Source: an uncultured Chloroflexia bacterium (GTDB taxonomy: Bacteria > Chloroflexota > Anaerolineae > CG2-30-64-16). From it: a stretch of DNA of 64,000 nucleotides. Numbering within the stretch: position 1 is the stretch's first letter; every line of letters begins with the position of its first letter. Position numbers and translations under genes: made by a program. The notes beneath the pieces are model-generated. The model was not told the origin of the DNA, made no database searches, and saw only the letters and a list, made by a program, of their open reading frames with translations. Positions 20,297 through 31,476 of the stretch are shown here, in pieces. The stretch is from positions 1,504,001 to 1,568,000 of the forward strand of contig CAWEMM010000006.1 in assembly GCA_963810095.1 (NCBI GenBank), read 5' to 3'.

Positions 20297-20632
20297 CTAT
20301 TCGTCCCAGATGACCTCGGTCACCGAATACGCCGGCGCGCAGGTGACGACGAGCACGACGTCTTCGCCCATGTCGGCCCAGAGCTTGTGCCGCTGCTCCG
20401 GACGAATCACAATCGTGTCGCCGGGCGCGAGGTCTCGGGTCTCCCCGTCGATACGGATGTGCCCCCGCCCCGACTGCACGTAGTACACCTCGTCGGCCAC
20501 CGTGTGATGGTGGTCGACGGTCTCCATGCCCGCCGGGTGGATGATGATCGCCAGGCTGTGGCTGGTCAAGCCTGTGGTGCGCCCGGCCAATTCCCGAATC
20601 CGCGCGCCGTCCGGCCCTACAAACTCGTTCAT
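20297..20632 (-). CDS. Cupin domain protein
   Basis: HHHTVADEVYYVQSGRG...GDTIVIRPEQRH. Confidence 0.85.
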   Translation of the reverse strand: MNEFVGPDGARIRELAGRTTGLTSHSLAIIIHPAGMETVDHHHTVADEVYYVQSGRGHIRIDGETRDLAPGDTIVIRPEQRHKLWADMGEDVVLVVTCAPAYSVTEVIWDE

Positions 20633-20645
20633 ATGCCCCCCCTTG

Positions 20646-20750
20646 AAGAGACCAGGTTTCGCCTCGGCCGAGCCGAGGGTCCAGAAACCTGGTTTCTTAT
20701 CCTTCCAGAGATCAGGAAGATCAGTTCAATCAGCTGGATCTGCGTCCAAT
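20646..20750. repeat. Family A palindrome followed by a family C half-element
   Basis: aagagaccaggtttc...gaaacctggtttctt then atcagttcaatcagctggatctgcgtcc. Confidence 0.6.
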
Positions 20751-20755
20751 CTATT

Positions 20756-22042
20756 TTACGACTTCACGCGGTTGATCTCCGCGCCGAGCGCCTTGAGCTT
20801 GAGGTCGATGTCCTGGTAGCCCCGGTCGATCTGCCCCACGTTGGCGATGGTGCTCGTGCCCTTGGCCGCCAGCGCCGCAATGAGCAGCGCCATGCCCGCC
20901 CGGATGTCGGGGCTCGACAGTTCCTGCCCGTACAGCGTCGACGGCCCCACGATTACGGCCCGGTGCGGGTCGCACAGGATGATCTTCGCGCCCATCCCAA
21001 TGAGTTTGTCCACGAAATACAGGCGGCTCTCGAACATCTTCTCATGCATGAGCACGGTGCCGCGCGCCTGGGTGGCCACGATGAGCGCGATGCTCATCAG
21101 GTCGGCGGGGAACTGGGGCCAGGGCGCATCGTCGATCTTGGGCACCGCGCCGCCCAGGTCCTCCCGGATGCACAGCTCTTGCTCGTCGGCCACGACCAGC
21201 GTGTCGCCTTCGATGCGCATCTGCACGCCGAGCCGCTCGCGGAAAGTCCAGTTGATCATGCGCATGTGGTCGGGGATGATGCCGTGAATGCGGATTTCAC
21301 CCCGGGTGACCGCGCCCAGCCCCAGAAAGCTGCCCACTTCGAGGTAATCGGGCGAAACGGTGAAGTCGCCCGAGCCGAGGTGCTCGACGCCCTGGATGGT
21401 GAGCGTGTTGCTGCCCACCCCCCCGATCTTTGCGCCGCAGCAGTTGAGCATGTTGCAGAGGTCTTGCACGTGGGGCTCGCACGCTGCGTTGCGGATGATC
21501 GTCTCGCCCTTCGCACACACCGCCGCCATCACCGCATTTTCGGTGCCCGTGACGCTGGCCTCGTCGAGCATAATGTCCGCGCCGTGCAGTCCGCCGTTCG
21601 AGGTCATAATGAAGTCTTTGTTGTTGAACTCGCACTTCGCGCCCAGCGCTTCGAGGGCCATGATGTGGGTATCGACCCGGCGCCGCCCGATGCGGTCGCC
21701 GCCTGGAATGGGGAGCACGGCCCGGCCGAACCGGCCGAGGAGCGGCCCGGCCAGCAGCATCGAGCCACGAATTTGCTGGAACAGCTCGGGGCGCAGGTGT
21801 CCGGCTTCTGCATTCTTCGCATAGAGCCGCACCGTGGTGCCCTGCTGGTTGACGCTGACGCCCATGTCGTTCAGCAGCAGGAGCATGGTCCCCACATCCC
21901 CGATGCGCGGCACGTTTCGCAGGACCACTTCGTCCTCGGTCAGCAGCACGGCAGCCAGCAATGGCAGCGCCGCGTTCTTGTTGCCCGCCGGCGTGACGTC
22001 GCCGGTCAGCCGGTGCCCACCCTCGATGATGAACGTCTCCAT
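20756..22042 (-). CDS. murA: UDP-N-acetylglucosamine 1-carboxyvinyltransferase
   Basis: [52 protein letters not shown]. Confidence 0.96.
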   Translation of the reverse strand: METFIIEGGHRLTGDVTPAGNKNAALPLLAAVLLTEDEVVLRNVPRIGDVGTMLLLLNDMGVSVNQQGTTVRLYAKNAEAGHLRPELFQQIRGSMLLAGPLLGRFGRAVLPIPGGDRIGRRRVDTHIMALEALGAKCEFNNKDFIMTSNGGLHGADIMLDEASVTGTENAVMAAVCAKGETIIRNAACEPHVQDLCNMLNCCGAKIGGVGSNTLTIQGVEHLGSGDFTVSPDYLEVGSFLGLGAVTRGEIRIHGIIPDHMRMINWTFRERLGVQMRIEGDTLVVADEQELCIREDLGGAVPKIDDAPWPQFPADLMSIALIVATQARGTVLMHEKMFESRLYFVDKLIGMGAKIILCDPHRAVIVGPSTLYGQELSSPDIRAGMALLIAALAAKGTSTIANVGQIDRGYQDIDLKLKALGAEINRVKS

Positions 22043-22115
22043 CGCCAGCTCCTTTTGAGATGATCGGGCCGTGGGGGGTGGCCCGAGCTGCGCTCAGGCC
22101 GCGGACCCGTAAGGT

Positions 22116-22907
22116 CTATCGGGCGCGCAGCCGCACCGGCGCCCCCCGGCCCACCCCCAGCCGCTCGGCCGCACTGCCCTCGCGCACAGCGACTTCGGCC
22201 AGGCCGCCGCTGCTGATTAGCAGAAGTAATTCGCCGGGCGCCACGGCCGCGTAGGTCTCGCGGGGCCCGGCCACGACGGCGCCGCCAATTTCGCAGGTCC
22301 ACGCCGCACTTCCGAGCCATTCGCCCGGCACGTCGGTGATCAGGTTGCCGAAATGGTCTACGTGCAGGACGTGCCCGCGAATGTCCCCGTTCCCGTCGCG
22401 CGGGCTGTGCTCCACCCGCTCGGCCGGCTGAGTGGCGAGCACCACCGGATCCGAAATCGGGCTCGCCAGCTCCTCGGGCAGCATGCCCGCCGCCAGCCGG
22501 GCCGCGACCGGCGCGAAAATGTCGCGGCCGTGAAAGGTTCGGCCGGGCTCGGGCAGCCAGTGCTGCGGCCGGTCGAGCACCCAGGGCTGCGCGGCCGGCT
22601 GGTCAAGCACGAACGAGAAGAGTCCATTATCCGGGCCGACAAACGCGGCACGAGGGGTGGTGACGAGCAGGGGCCGCCGGGCGCTGCCCACGCCGGGGTC
22701 CACGACGGCCAAGTGTACGGCGCCCGGTGGAAAGTACGGGACGGCGATGCGGAGGGCGTAGGCCGCCGCCTCGATGTCTTGGGGCGGAATATCGTGAGTC
22801 AGGTCGACGAGGCGTGCTTCGGGCGCAATACCGAGGATGACCCCTTTCATGATGGCCACGTAGGGATCCCGAAGGCCAAAGTCACTGGTCAGCGTGATGA
22901 TGGTCAT
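22116..22907 (-). CDS. SAM hydroxide adenosyltransferase (DUF62 family)
   Basis: LTSDFG, VVDPGVGSARR, GPDNG, TFHGRDIF, DHFGN. Confidence 0.9.
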   Translation of the reverse strand: MTIITLTSDFGLRDPYVAIMKGVILGIAPEARLVDLTHDIPPQDIEAAAYALRIAVPYFPPGAVHLAVVDPGVGSARRPLLVTTPRAAFVGPDNGLFSFVLDQPAAQPWVLDRPQHWLPEPGRTFHGRDIFAPVAARLAAGMLPEELASPISDPVVLATQPAERVEHSPRDGNGDIRGHVLHVDHFGNLITDVPGEWLGSAAWTCEIGGAVVAGPRETYAAVAPGELLLLISSGGLAEVAVREGSAAERLGVGRGAPVRLRAR

Positions 22908-23051
22908 GGGTTAAACAGGATTATACCATTGCGTTTTTGGTTCGTCAATCCCCATTTTCTTGACATAAACCAAACATATGTGCTATCACTGAGCAGTAGA
23001 TGAACCGGGTCAAGTTTCGAGAAACAGCCAACTTATGGTAAAATGGATCAG

Positions 23052-26175
<3,124 letters not shown>

Positions 26176-26183
26176 AAGAATGC

Positions 26184-26217
26184 CGGCGCCGAAGTGTCAC
26201 TTCGGCGCCGCTTTTTG
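26184..26217 (+). terminator. Intrinsic terminator after gyrB
   Basis: cggcgccgaagtg-t-cacttcggcgccg followed by ttttt. Confidence 0.8.
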
Positions 26218-26251
26218 TATAGAATTGTGGAGGCCAGTACCGGAACAGAGC

Positions 26252-27517
26252 CTACTGCCGCATCACGGCGGGCAGATAGATGCGCTGCACCTGGCCCTCC
26301 GCCGTCAGGTCGAAGTAGTCGAACTGGTACACCGTGACGCCCTGGAGGAAACGGTCGGTGGCGAAGATACCGCCAAAGACCCGGGTGCCCAGGGCCGGAT
26401 CGATCGCTCCTGCCTGGTTGAACAGCCCGGGCGGCACGGTCAGCGTCTTGAGTTCGACGAGCGCGCCGTCATTCAGGCCGTAGTAGGCCGTGACCGTCTG
26501 CTGCACGGGGTCGGCCCGCAGCCGCAACAGCACGGTCGCACCCGTCACCTGCAGTGTCCCGGTTACCACTTGCTGCTGCAGGATGCCGCCCCGCTCCTCC
26601 ATGAACTGCACGAGCGGCCCGCTCGGGTCGGAGATCAGGACCAGCTTAAGGTAGTTGTTGTCGTCGTTGCCATACCACAACCCCGCCTGTTCGAGGTTCC
26701 CGCTCATCGGCGGCAGGTTCACCAGCTTCGTCTCGAGAATGGAGACCTGGTTTGCTGCGTCGATTCCCACGCCCAGCGCGTTGTCCTGGTTGTTCTCGCC
26801 CAGGAACGCGATGCCCGCGGTCGTTGTGATGCTGAGCGTGCTCGCCACGGGGTTGACGACGAGGTTGGCGGGAATGTAACCTGTGCCCGGGCCCGTCGGC
26901 TTGTCCACCCACGTGAAGCCCGTCCCTACGCCGTTCTTGTCCACCAGCCCACCCCGGTCCCCGTCGAAGGTGAGGACATAGGGCGCCGTCACCTTGACCT
27001 GCGAGCAGTTGAGCGGCGTGCAATCGGCAAAAGGCGTCCCTGCCTGCGGCGCCGCTGCTGCCGGTTCGACCGACAGCTCGCGCCCGCCGTTCGACACCCG
27101 CACTCGGGCGGTGGTCAGCACCGTTCGCCCGTCAGCCAGATCGATTGCGGCGACCAGGGTATGCGGCCCGGCGGTCGACGCTTTCGCACCCAGCGCCCCC
27201 CATCCCGCCAGGTCGAACGGGGAGGCCGTGGCGACCGCGCCCGGCCGCCCGCCAAGGCTGCGCAGTTCGAGGTTGCGCGCACTCGGGTCCAGGTAATAAC
27301 GCACCTGGACGATGCCTTGCGAAGGTGCCACGAAGATCGCCTCGTCTGACGGCAGGACGCCGGCCCGGGCCAGGGGCGTGGCCCCGCCTCCCGCCGATTC
27401 GATCACCAATTCGTAATTCGTCGAACCTGCTCTGATAGGGGGCGTAGCACCGAGCCCACTTGGCGCGATCGTCGTTGCCAGCAGCACCACCACCAGCACT
27501 AAACCGGCTCTTCTCAT
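26252..27517 (-). CDS. Secreted beta-sandwich (ConA/lectin-like) protein with C-terminal YLP tail
   Basis: Signal peptide MRRAGLVLVVVLLA; EQAGLWYGNDDNNYLKL; ends RIYLPAVMRQ. Confidence 0.75.
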   Translation of the reverse strand: MRRAGLVLVVVLLATTIAPSGLGATPPIRAGSTNYELVIESAGGGATPLARAGVLPSDEAIFVAPSQGIVQVRYYLDPSARNLELRSLGGRPGAVATASPFDLAGWGALGAKASTAGPHTLVAAIDLADGRTVLTTARVRVSNGGRELSVEPAAAAPQAGTPFADCTPLNCSQVKVTAPYVLTFDGDRGGLVDKNGVGTGFTWVDKPTGPGTGYIPANLVVNPVASTLSITTTAGIAFLGENNQDNALGVGIDAANQVSILETKLVNLPPMSGNLEQAGLWYGNDDNNYLKLVLISDPSGPLVQFMEERGGILQQQVVTGTLQVTGATVLLRLRADPVQQTVTAYYGLNDGALVELKTLTVPPGLFNQAGAIDPALGTRVFGGIFATDRFLQGVTVYQFDYFDLTAEGQVQRIYLPAVMRQ

Positions 27518-27768
27518 CTCGGCCTCTCCTACACGGCGAGCGTCGGACGAATGCGCGTTGTGCTGCGGGGATGAAGGAACAGTACGGGGCTCCCCTGACG
27601 ATGCGACGCCACCTGCTGGCATTCAACCATAAGAGTGCGCCGAATCCATCGGGCAGAATGTGCATTTCTGCCGTACTTTAGCCGTACTTCTGTCGCTGCC
27701 TCCCTTCCAGACCGTTGCACAGGTGCGCTGTGACCGGCCGGGGCGGACCATCCCACCCCGGCCATCGA

Positions 27769-28332
27769 CTACACCGCGTAGAACGGCGTCCAGTACGGGC
27801 CCAGCGCCAGGAAGCCGACCACGGCCTCATAGTCCGGGCTCAGCATCAAGGCCTGTACCAGCGCCTCCCAGCCCGCCACACCTGAGACGGGCGTGCCGCC
27901 GGCCTTCCGGCCGTAGTACTCAGCCTTCCCGGCGGCAGCGCCGCCGAAGACCACCGTCAGTTCCCAGCCCGGCCCCTCCAGCACGACGTAGGCGGCGAAG
28001 GTGCCCAGCTCAGCCGCGAACGGCCATTGAGCGGACGCCTCGGCCAGCGACTGGAACCCGCCGAGCAGCTCGCCCACCGTGACCTGCTTCAGCGAGACGA
28101 TCCGGCTGCGCCCCGGCCCTGCCGGCAGGAAGACCCGCCCGATCAGGTCCGGCAGGACCGTGTCGAAACCAAGGTCGCGCGGCGGCGCGAAGCGCTCTGC
28201 CCGCTGCCCCGCGACCAGGCCACTCGGTTCCCCGGGCGGGCGGTCCCACCCGAGGAGGAGCACCAGCCGCTGCCAGATAGCGAGGAACCAGGTCCCCAGC
28301 ATCTGGAACTCGGCGACGCGAATCATCAACAT
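27769..28332 (-). CDS. Hypothetical protein (187 aa)
   Basis: Strong RBS GAGGAGG before ATG 28332; no family recognised. Confidence 0.6.
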   Translation of the reverse strand: MLMIRVAEFQMLGTWFLAIWQRLVLLLGWDRPPGEPSGLVAGQRAERFAPPRDLGFDTVLPDLIGRVFLPAGPGRSRIVSLKQVTVGELLGGFQSLAEASAQWPFAAELGTFAAYVVLEGPGWELTVVFGGAAAGKAEYYGRKAGGTPVSGVAGWEALVQALMLSPDYEAVVGFLALGPYWTPFYAV

Positions 28333-28387
28333 CTTGCACCCTCCTCTCTCGGGTCGCGCAATCTGTCCGGCGACGTGCCGGTTAACG

Positions 28388-28413
28388 AAAAAGGCCGCTA
28401 TTTCTAGCGGCCC
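28388..28413 (-). terminator. Intrinsic terminator of leader unit 2
   Basis: GGCCGCUA-GAAA-UAGCGGCC-UUUUU. Confidence 0.8.
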
Positions 28414-28441
28414 GCGGACAGCAGAAGCGATGGAGGGATGA

Positions 28442-28603
28442 CTAACCTCCTCGCCTCTCTGGAGCCAGCAAAGCCGCGAGCGCTCGCATGCGGGGCAGTG
28501 TCGCGAGACACTGACCGGCATGGAACGATTTGCGATCTACGCTTTGGACGGTTGGGCGTGGGCCCAGCCACACGCTTGAGCCGTTGTAGATGCGAGCAAA
28601 CAC
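28442..28603 (-). CDS. Putative leader peptide 2 (53 aa, MFARIY...PERRGG)
   Basis: GAAGGA RBS + GTG; architecture parallels leader 1. Confidence 0.5.
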   Translation of the reverse strand: MFARIYNGSSVWLGPRPTVQSVDRKSFHAGQCLATLPRMRALAALLAPERRGG

Positions 28604-28661
28604 GATATATTCCTTCACAGTCACCAGGCGCTGCCGTCAAGGCAGGCGTGATCGACGTAAT

Positions 28662-28690
28662 AAAAAGGCCGCTCTTCTTCGGAGCGGCCC
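28662..28690 (-). terminator. Intrinsic terminator of leader unit 1
   Basis: GGCCGCUC-CGAAGAA-GAGCGGCC-UUUUU. Confidence 0.8.
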
Positions 28691-28715
28691 GCCATGGGTT
28701 CGTGTCGGGAGATGC

Positions 28716-28835
28716 TTATCTCCCACCTCCACGACCTTCACAGGCGGAGCCGCGGCCATACAGGTCCAGCGCCCTGACGATGGGTTTACCCGTCTGGGCG
28801 AGGAGAGGCTGTTGGCATGGATTCATCTGAAACAT
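28716..28835 (-). CDS. Putative leader peptide 1 (39 aa, MFQMNP...EGRGGGR)
   Basis: Manual translation; AAGGGA upstream; directly downstream of a promoter. Confidence 0.5.
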   Translation of the reverse strand: MFQMNPCQQPLLAQTGKPIVRALDLYGRGSACEGRGGGR

Positions 28836-28873
28836 CTGGCTGTTTTCCCTTGCTCTGTTGCGACTAGCTACCG

Positions 28874-28902
28874 CGTATACCACGACTCCTGCGCCTTGTC
28901 AA
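28874..28902 (-). promoter_or_regulatory. Putative sigma70 promoter driving the leader units
   Basis: TTGACA-17 nt-TATACG with extended TG. Confidence 0.6.
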
Positions 28903-29011
28903 AAGTAAGCAGCCTTCCAATTTGCTCGACCCTTTGCCTGCGCTGCGTCGAGCAGGATGCCGCGGCGGTCGAGGGCTTCCAAGCCGAACACACGCGAAAC
29001 TCGTTCCGATG

Positions 29012-29040
29012 TTGACGCGCCTCCCCCCGCCCCTTATACT
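29012..29040 (+). promoter_or_regulatory. Putative sigma70 promoter of the mshA-like operon
   Basis: TTGACG-17 nt-TATACT. Confidence 0.6.
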
Positions 29041-29116
29041 ACACAGGCTGGGGCGCAAATGGCCTCGGCCATTGTCGCGCCGGGCGGGCCACGCCACGCG
29101 TGTTCTCGAGGAAGAG

Positions 29117-30475
29117 TTGACTCAGAAATCGATCCGGCACATCGCCATGCTCAGCGTCCACACCTGTCCCCTCGCCACCCTCGGCGGTAAGGAGACCGGC
29201 GGCATGAATGTCTACGTCCGCGAGCTCGCGCGCGAGCTGGGCAACCGCGGCCTGGCAATCGACGTCTTCACGCGCTCGCAGGACGAGCGCATCAAGCGCA
29301 TCTCCACCCGCCTCGGCAATGCCGTGCGGGTCATCCACCTGCCCGCCGGCCCCGAGCGCCCCTACAACAAGAACGAGATCTACGGCCACCTGCCCGAGTT
29401 CGTCGACGGCATCCAGCGTTTCGCGGCGGCTGAAGGCGTCACCTACGACCTGCTCCACAGCCACTATTGGCTCTCGGGCCTGGCCGCCATGCAGTTGCAA
29501 AGGACGCCCGGCGCCGCCACCGGGGCACCCATCGTCCACATGTTTCACACCCTGGCCGAGCTCAAGAACCGGGTCGCCACCAGCGCCGCGGAGTTGGAGC
29601 CCCCGCTGCGCAGCGACTGCGAGGGCGACATCATGCAGGCCGCCAACGTCCTGGTCGCCGCGACCACGCTCGAACGCGAGCAGATGGCCGCCTACTACGG
29701 CGCGGACCCGGCCAAGGTTCAGATCATCCCCCCCGGCGTCGATCTCGACCTGTTCCGCCCGCTGCCGTGTGACGAAGCCCGGCGGGCGGTGGGCATTCCT
29801 AACGACCACCACATGATCCTCTTCGTCGGGCGCATCCAGGCGATCAAGGGCATCGACACCCTCATCCGGGCAATGGCCGAACTGGTCAGCAAGCGGCCGC
29901 ACCTGAAGGGCAAGCTGGCGCTCACCATCATCGGGGGGGCCGACGCGGGCTCGGCCACCGCGCCCGCCACCGACGGCGAGCTTGCCCGCCTCCAGGCGCT
30001 CGAGCAGGACCTCGGCATCGACGACGTGGTCACCTTTCTCGGCTCGCGCGACCAGGATACCCTCGTCAATTACTACAACGCAGCGTCCATGGTCGTGGTC
30101 CCGTCGCACTACGAGTCGTTCGGCATGGTGGCGCTCGAGTCGATGGCGTGCGGCACTCCCGTCATTGCCTCCGATGTCGGCGGGCTTTCGCTCAACGTGG
30201 CCGATGGGTTCAACGGCTACCTCGTGCCCAAGGGCGACGTGGACGAGCTGGCCTACAAGATGGAGCTGATGCTCGAACACGACCAGCTGCGCGCGCAGCT
30301 CGGCACGCAGGCGTGCCAGTGGGCCCAGCGCTTCTCCTGGCAGACCATCGCGGACGAAACGCTCGCCGTCTACGCCCGGGCGCTCGGCCGTCCCGAGTCC
30401 GACCTCGCCGCCTATATGTCCGTGGCCCGCGGCGGCGACATGCTCTTGCCCCAGGTCGAGCGCGCATGTCCGTGA
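29117..30475 (+). CDS. GT4 glycosyltransferase, MshA-like (D-inositol-3-phosphate glycosyltransferase family)
   Basis: MLSVHTCPL..LGGKETGGMNVYV, HSHYWLSG, FHTL, FVGRIQ.IKG, ESFGMVALE. Confidence 0.85.
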   Translation: MTQKSIRHIAMLSVHTCPLATLGGKETGGMNVYVRELARELGNRGLAIDVFTRSQDERIKRISTRLGNAVRVIHLPAGPERPYNKNEIYGHLPEFVDGIQRFAAAEGVTYDLLHSHYWLSGLAAMQLQRTPGAATGAPIVHMFHTLAELKNRVATSAAELEPPLRSDCEGDIMQAANVLVAATTLEREQMAAYYGADPAKVQIIPPGVDLDLFRPLPCDEARRAVGIPNDHHMILFVGRIQAIKGIDTLIRAMAELVSKRPHLKGKLALTIIGGADAGSATAPATDGELARLQALEQDLGIDDVVTFLGSRDQDTLVNYYNAASMVVVPSHYESFGMVALESMACGTPVIASDVGGLSLNVADGFNGYLVPKGDVDELAYKMELMLEHDQLRAQLGTQACQWAQRFSWQTIADETLAVYARALGRPESDLAAYMSVARGGDMLLPQVERACP

Positions 30476-31104
30476 AACAAAGCCCCCAACTGCGGGCGAT
30501 CATCTTCGATTTCGGCGGCGTGCTCGTGCGCACGCGCAGCCAGCACCGGCGCGCCGCCTGGGAGCAGCGCCTCGGCCTGGCACCCGGCGGCGCAGAAGCG
30601 TTAGTTTTCGGCGGCGAGCGGGGCCACGCGGTCCAGCACGGCCGCACGACCGACGAGGCGCACTGGCAGTGGCTGGGCGAGCACCTGGGGCTGGGCGCGG
30701 AAGACCTCGACGCCTTGCGGGCCGATTTCTTTGCGGAGGACGTCCTCGACACGGAGCTGCTGGCCTACGTCGACCGGCTGCGAGCGGCGGGCTTGCACGT
30801 GGGCCTGCTCAGCAACGTGGGCGACAACGGCCGGGCAGTCTTTCGCGAGAAGTACGGGGTGCTCGACCACTTCGACAGCGTCACGACCTCGGCGGAGGAA
30901 GGCGTGATGAAGCCCGATCCCCGCATCTTCCGGATTGCGCTCGAACGGGCGGGGGTGCAGCCCGGTGAGGCCGTGTTCGTGGACGACTTCGTTGCCAATG
31001 TCGAGGGCGCGCGGCGCGTCGGGATGCTGGCGGTCCACTTCCGCACGCCCGAGCAGGCGGTGGCCGAGTTGGCAGAGCTGACCGGGGTCACGCCGGAAGG
31101 ATGA
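30466..31104 (+). CDS. HAD family phosphatase
   Basis: IIFDFGGVL, LLSN, MKPDPRIF, FVDD; overlaps the glycosyltransferase end. Confidence 0.9.
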   Translation: MSVKQSPQLRAIIFDFGGVLVRTRSQHRRAAWEQRLGLAPGGAEALVFGGERGHAVQHGRTTDEAHWQWLGEHLGLGAEDLDALRADFFAEDVLDTELLAYVDRLRAAGLHVGLLSNVGDNGRAVFREKYGVLDHFDSVTTSAEEGVMKPDPRIFRIALERAGVQPGEAVFVDDFVANVEGARRVGMLAVHFRTPEQAVAELAELTGVTPEG

Positions 31105-31230
31105 AAATTTATCCGAAAATGGTCTGGCTGCGTCGGAGATCGGCCAGACGGGGCACGGTCAGAGACCGGCCCCAGCTAATTCTCGGAGAGATGCTAAACC
31201 AGTCGCAAAGGGCGGTATCAACTTAGGCCG

Positions 31231-31462
31231 AATGACTGTTTGCGGGGGCGCTCTTGCCCCCGCCGCCCCCGACCAGGGGCTGCGCCCCTTGGAACCCCAA
31301 AGGCAACGCTCTGGGTAGATGTTCGCCCGGCGAAGCTATCGTATGGGGGATGAGGCAGCGGCGGCAGGAACCATGTGCGCGTTTGACGCTCCTTGTGTGA
31401 AATAGGACCTTGCTGCAACTGATTGAACTGATCTGCACGGTCCTTTAGGTAAAGATCGTCAT
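31231..31462. repeat. ~230-bp dispersed repeat, copy 1
   Basis: Near-identical 5' part (aatgactgttt...gcccccgaccaggggctgcgccccttggaaccccaaaggcaacgct) and alignable 3' part with 42033-42265. Confidence 0.85.
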
Positions 31463-31476
31463 GCGCGGCGATCCGT

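Noticed and set aside
22116-22907. Possible fluorinase/chlorinase
   Set aside because: Has the Asp/Arg/His pattern (TFHGRD) of SAM hydrolases of the DUF62 family
28660-28870. 6S RNA or c-di-GMP/c-di-AMP riboswitch
   Set aside because: No long closing stem or aptamer consensus; the uORF-attenuator reading fits better
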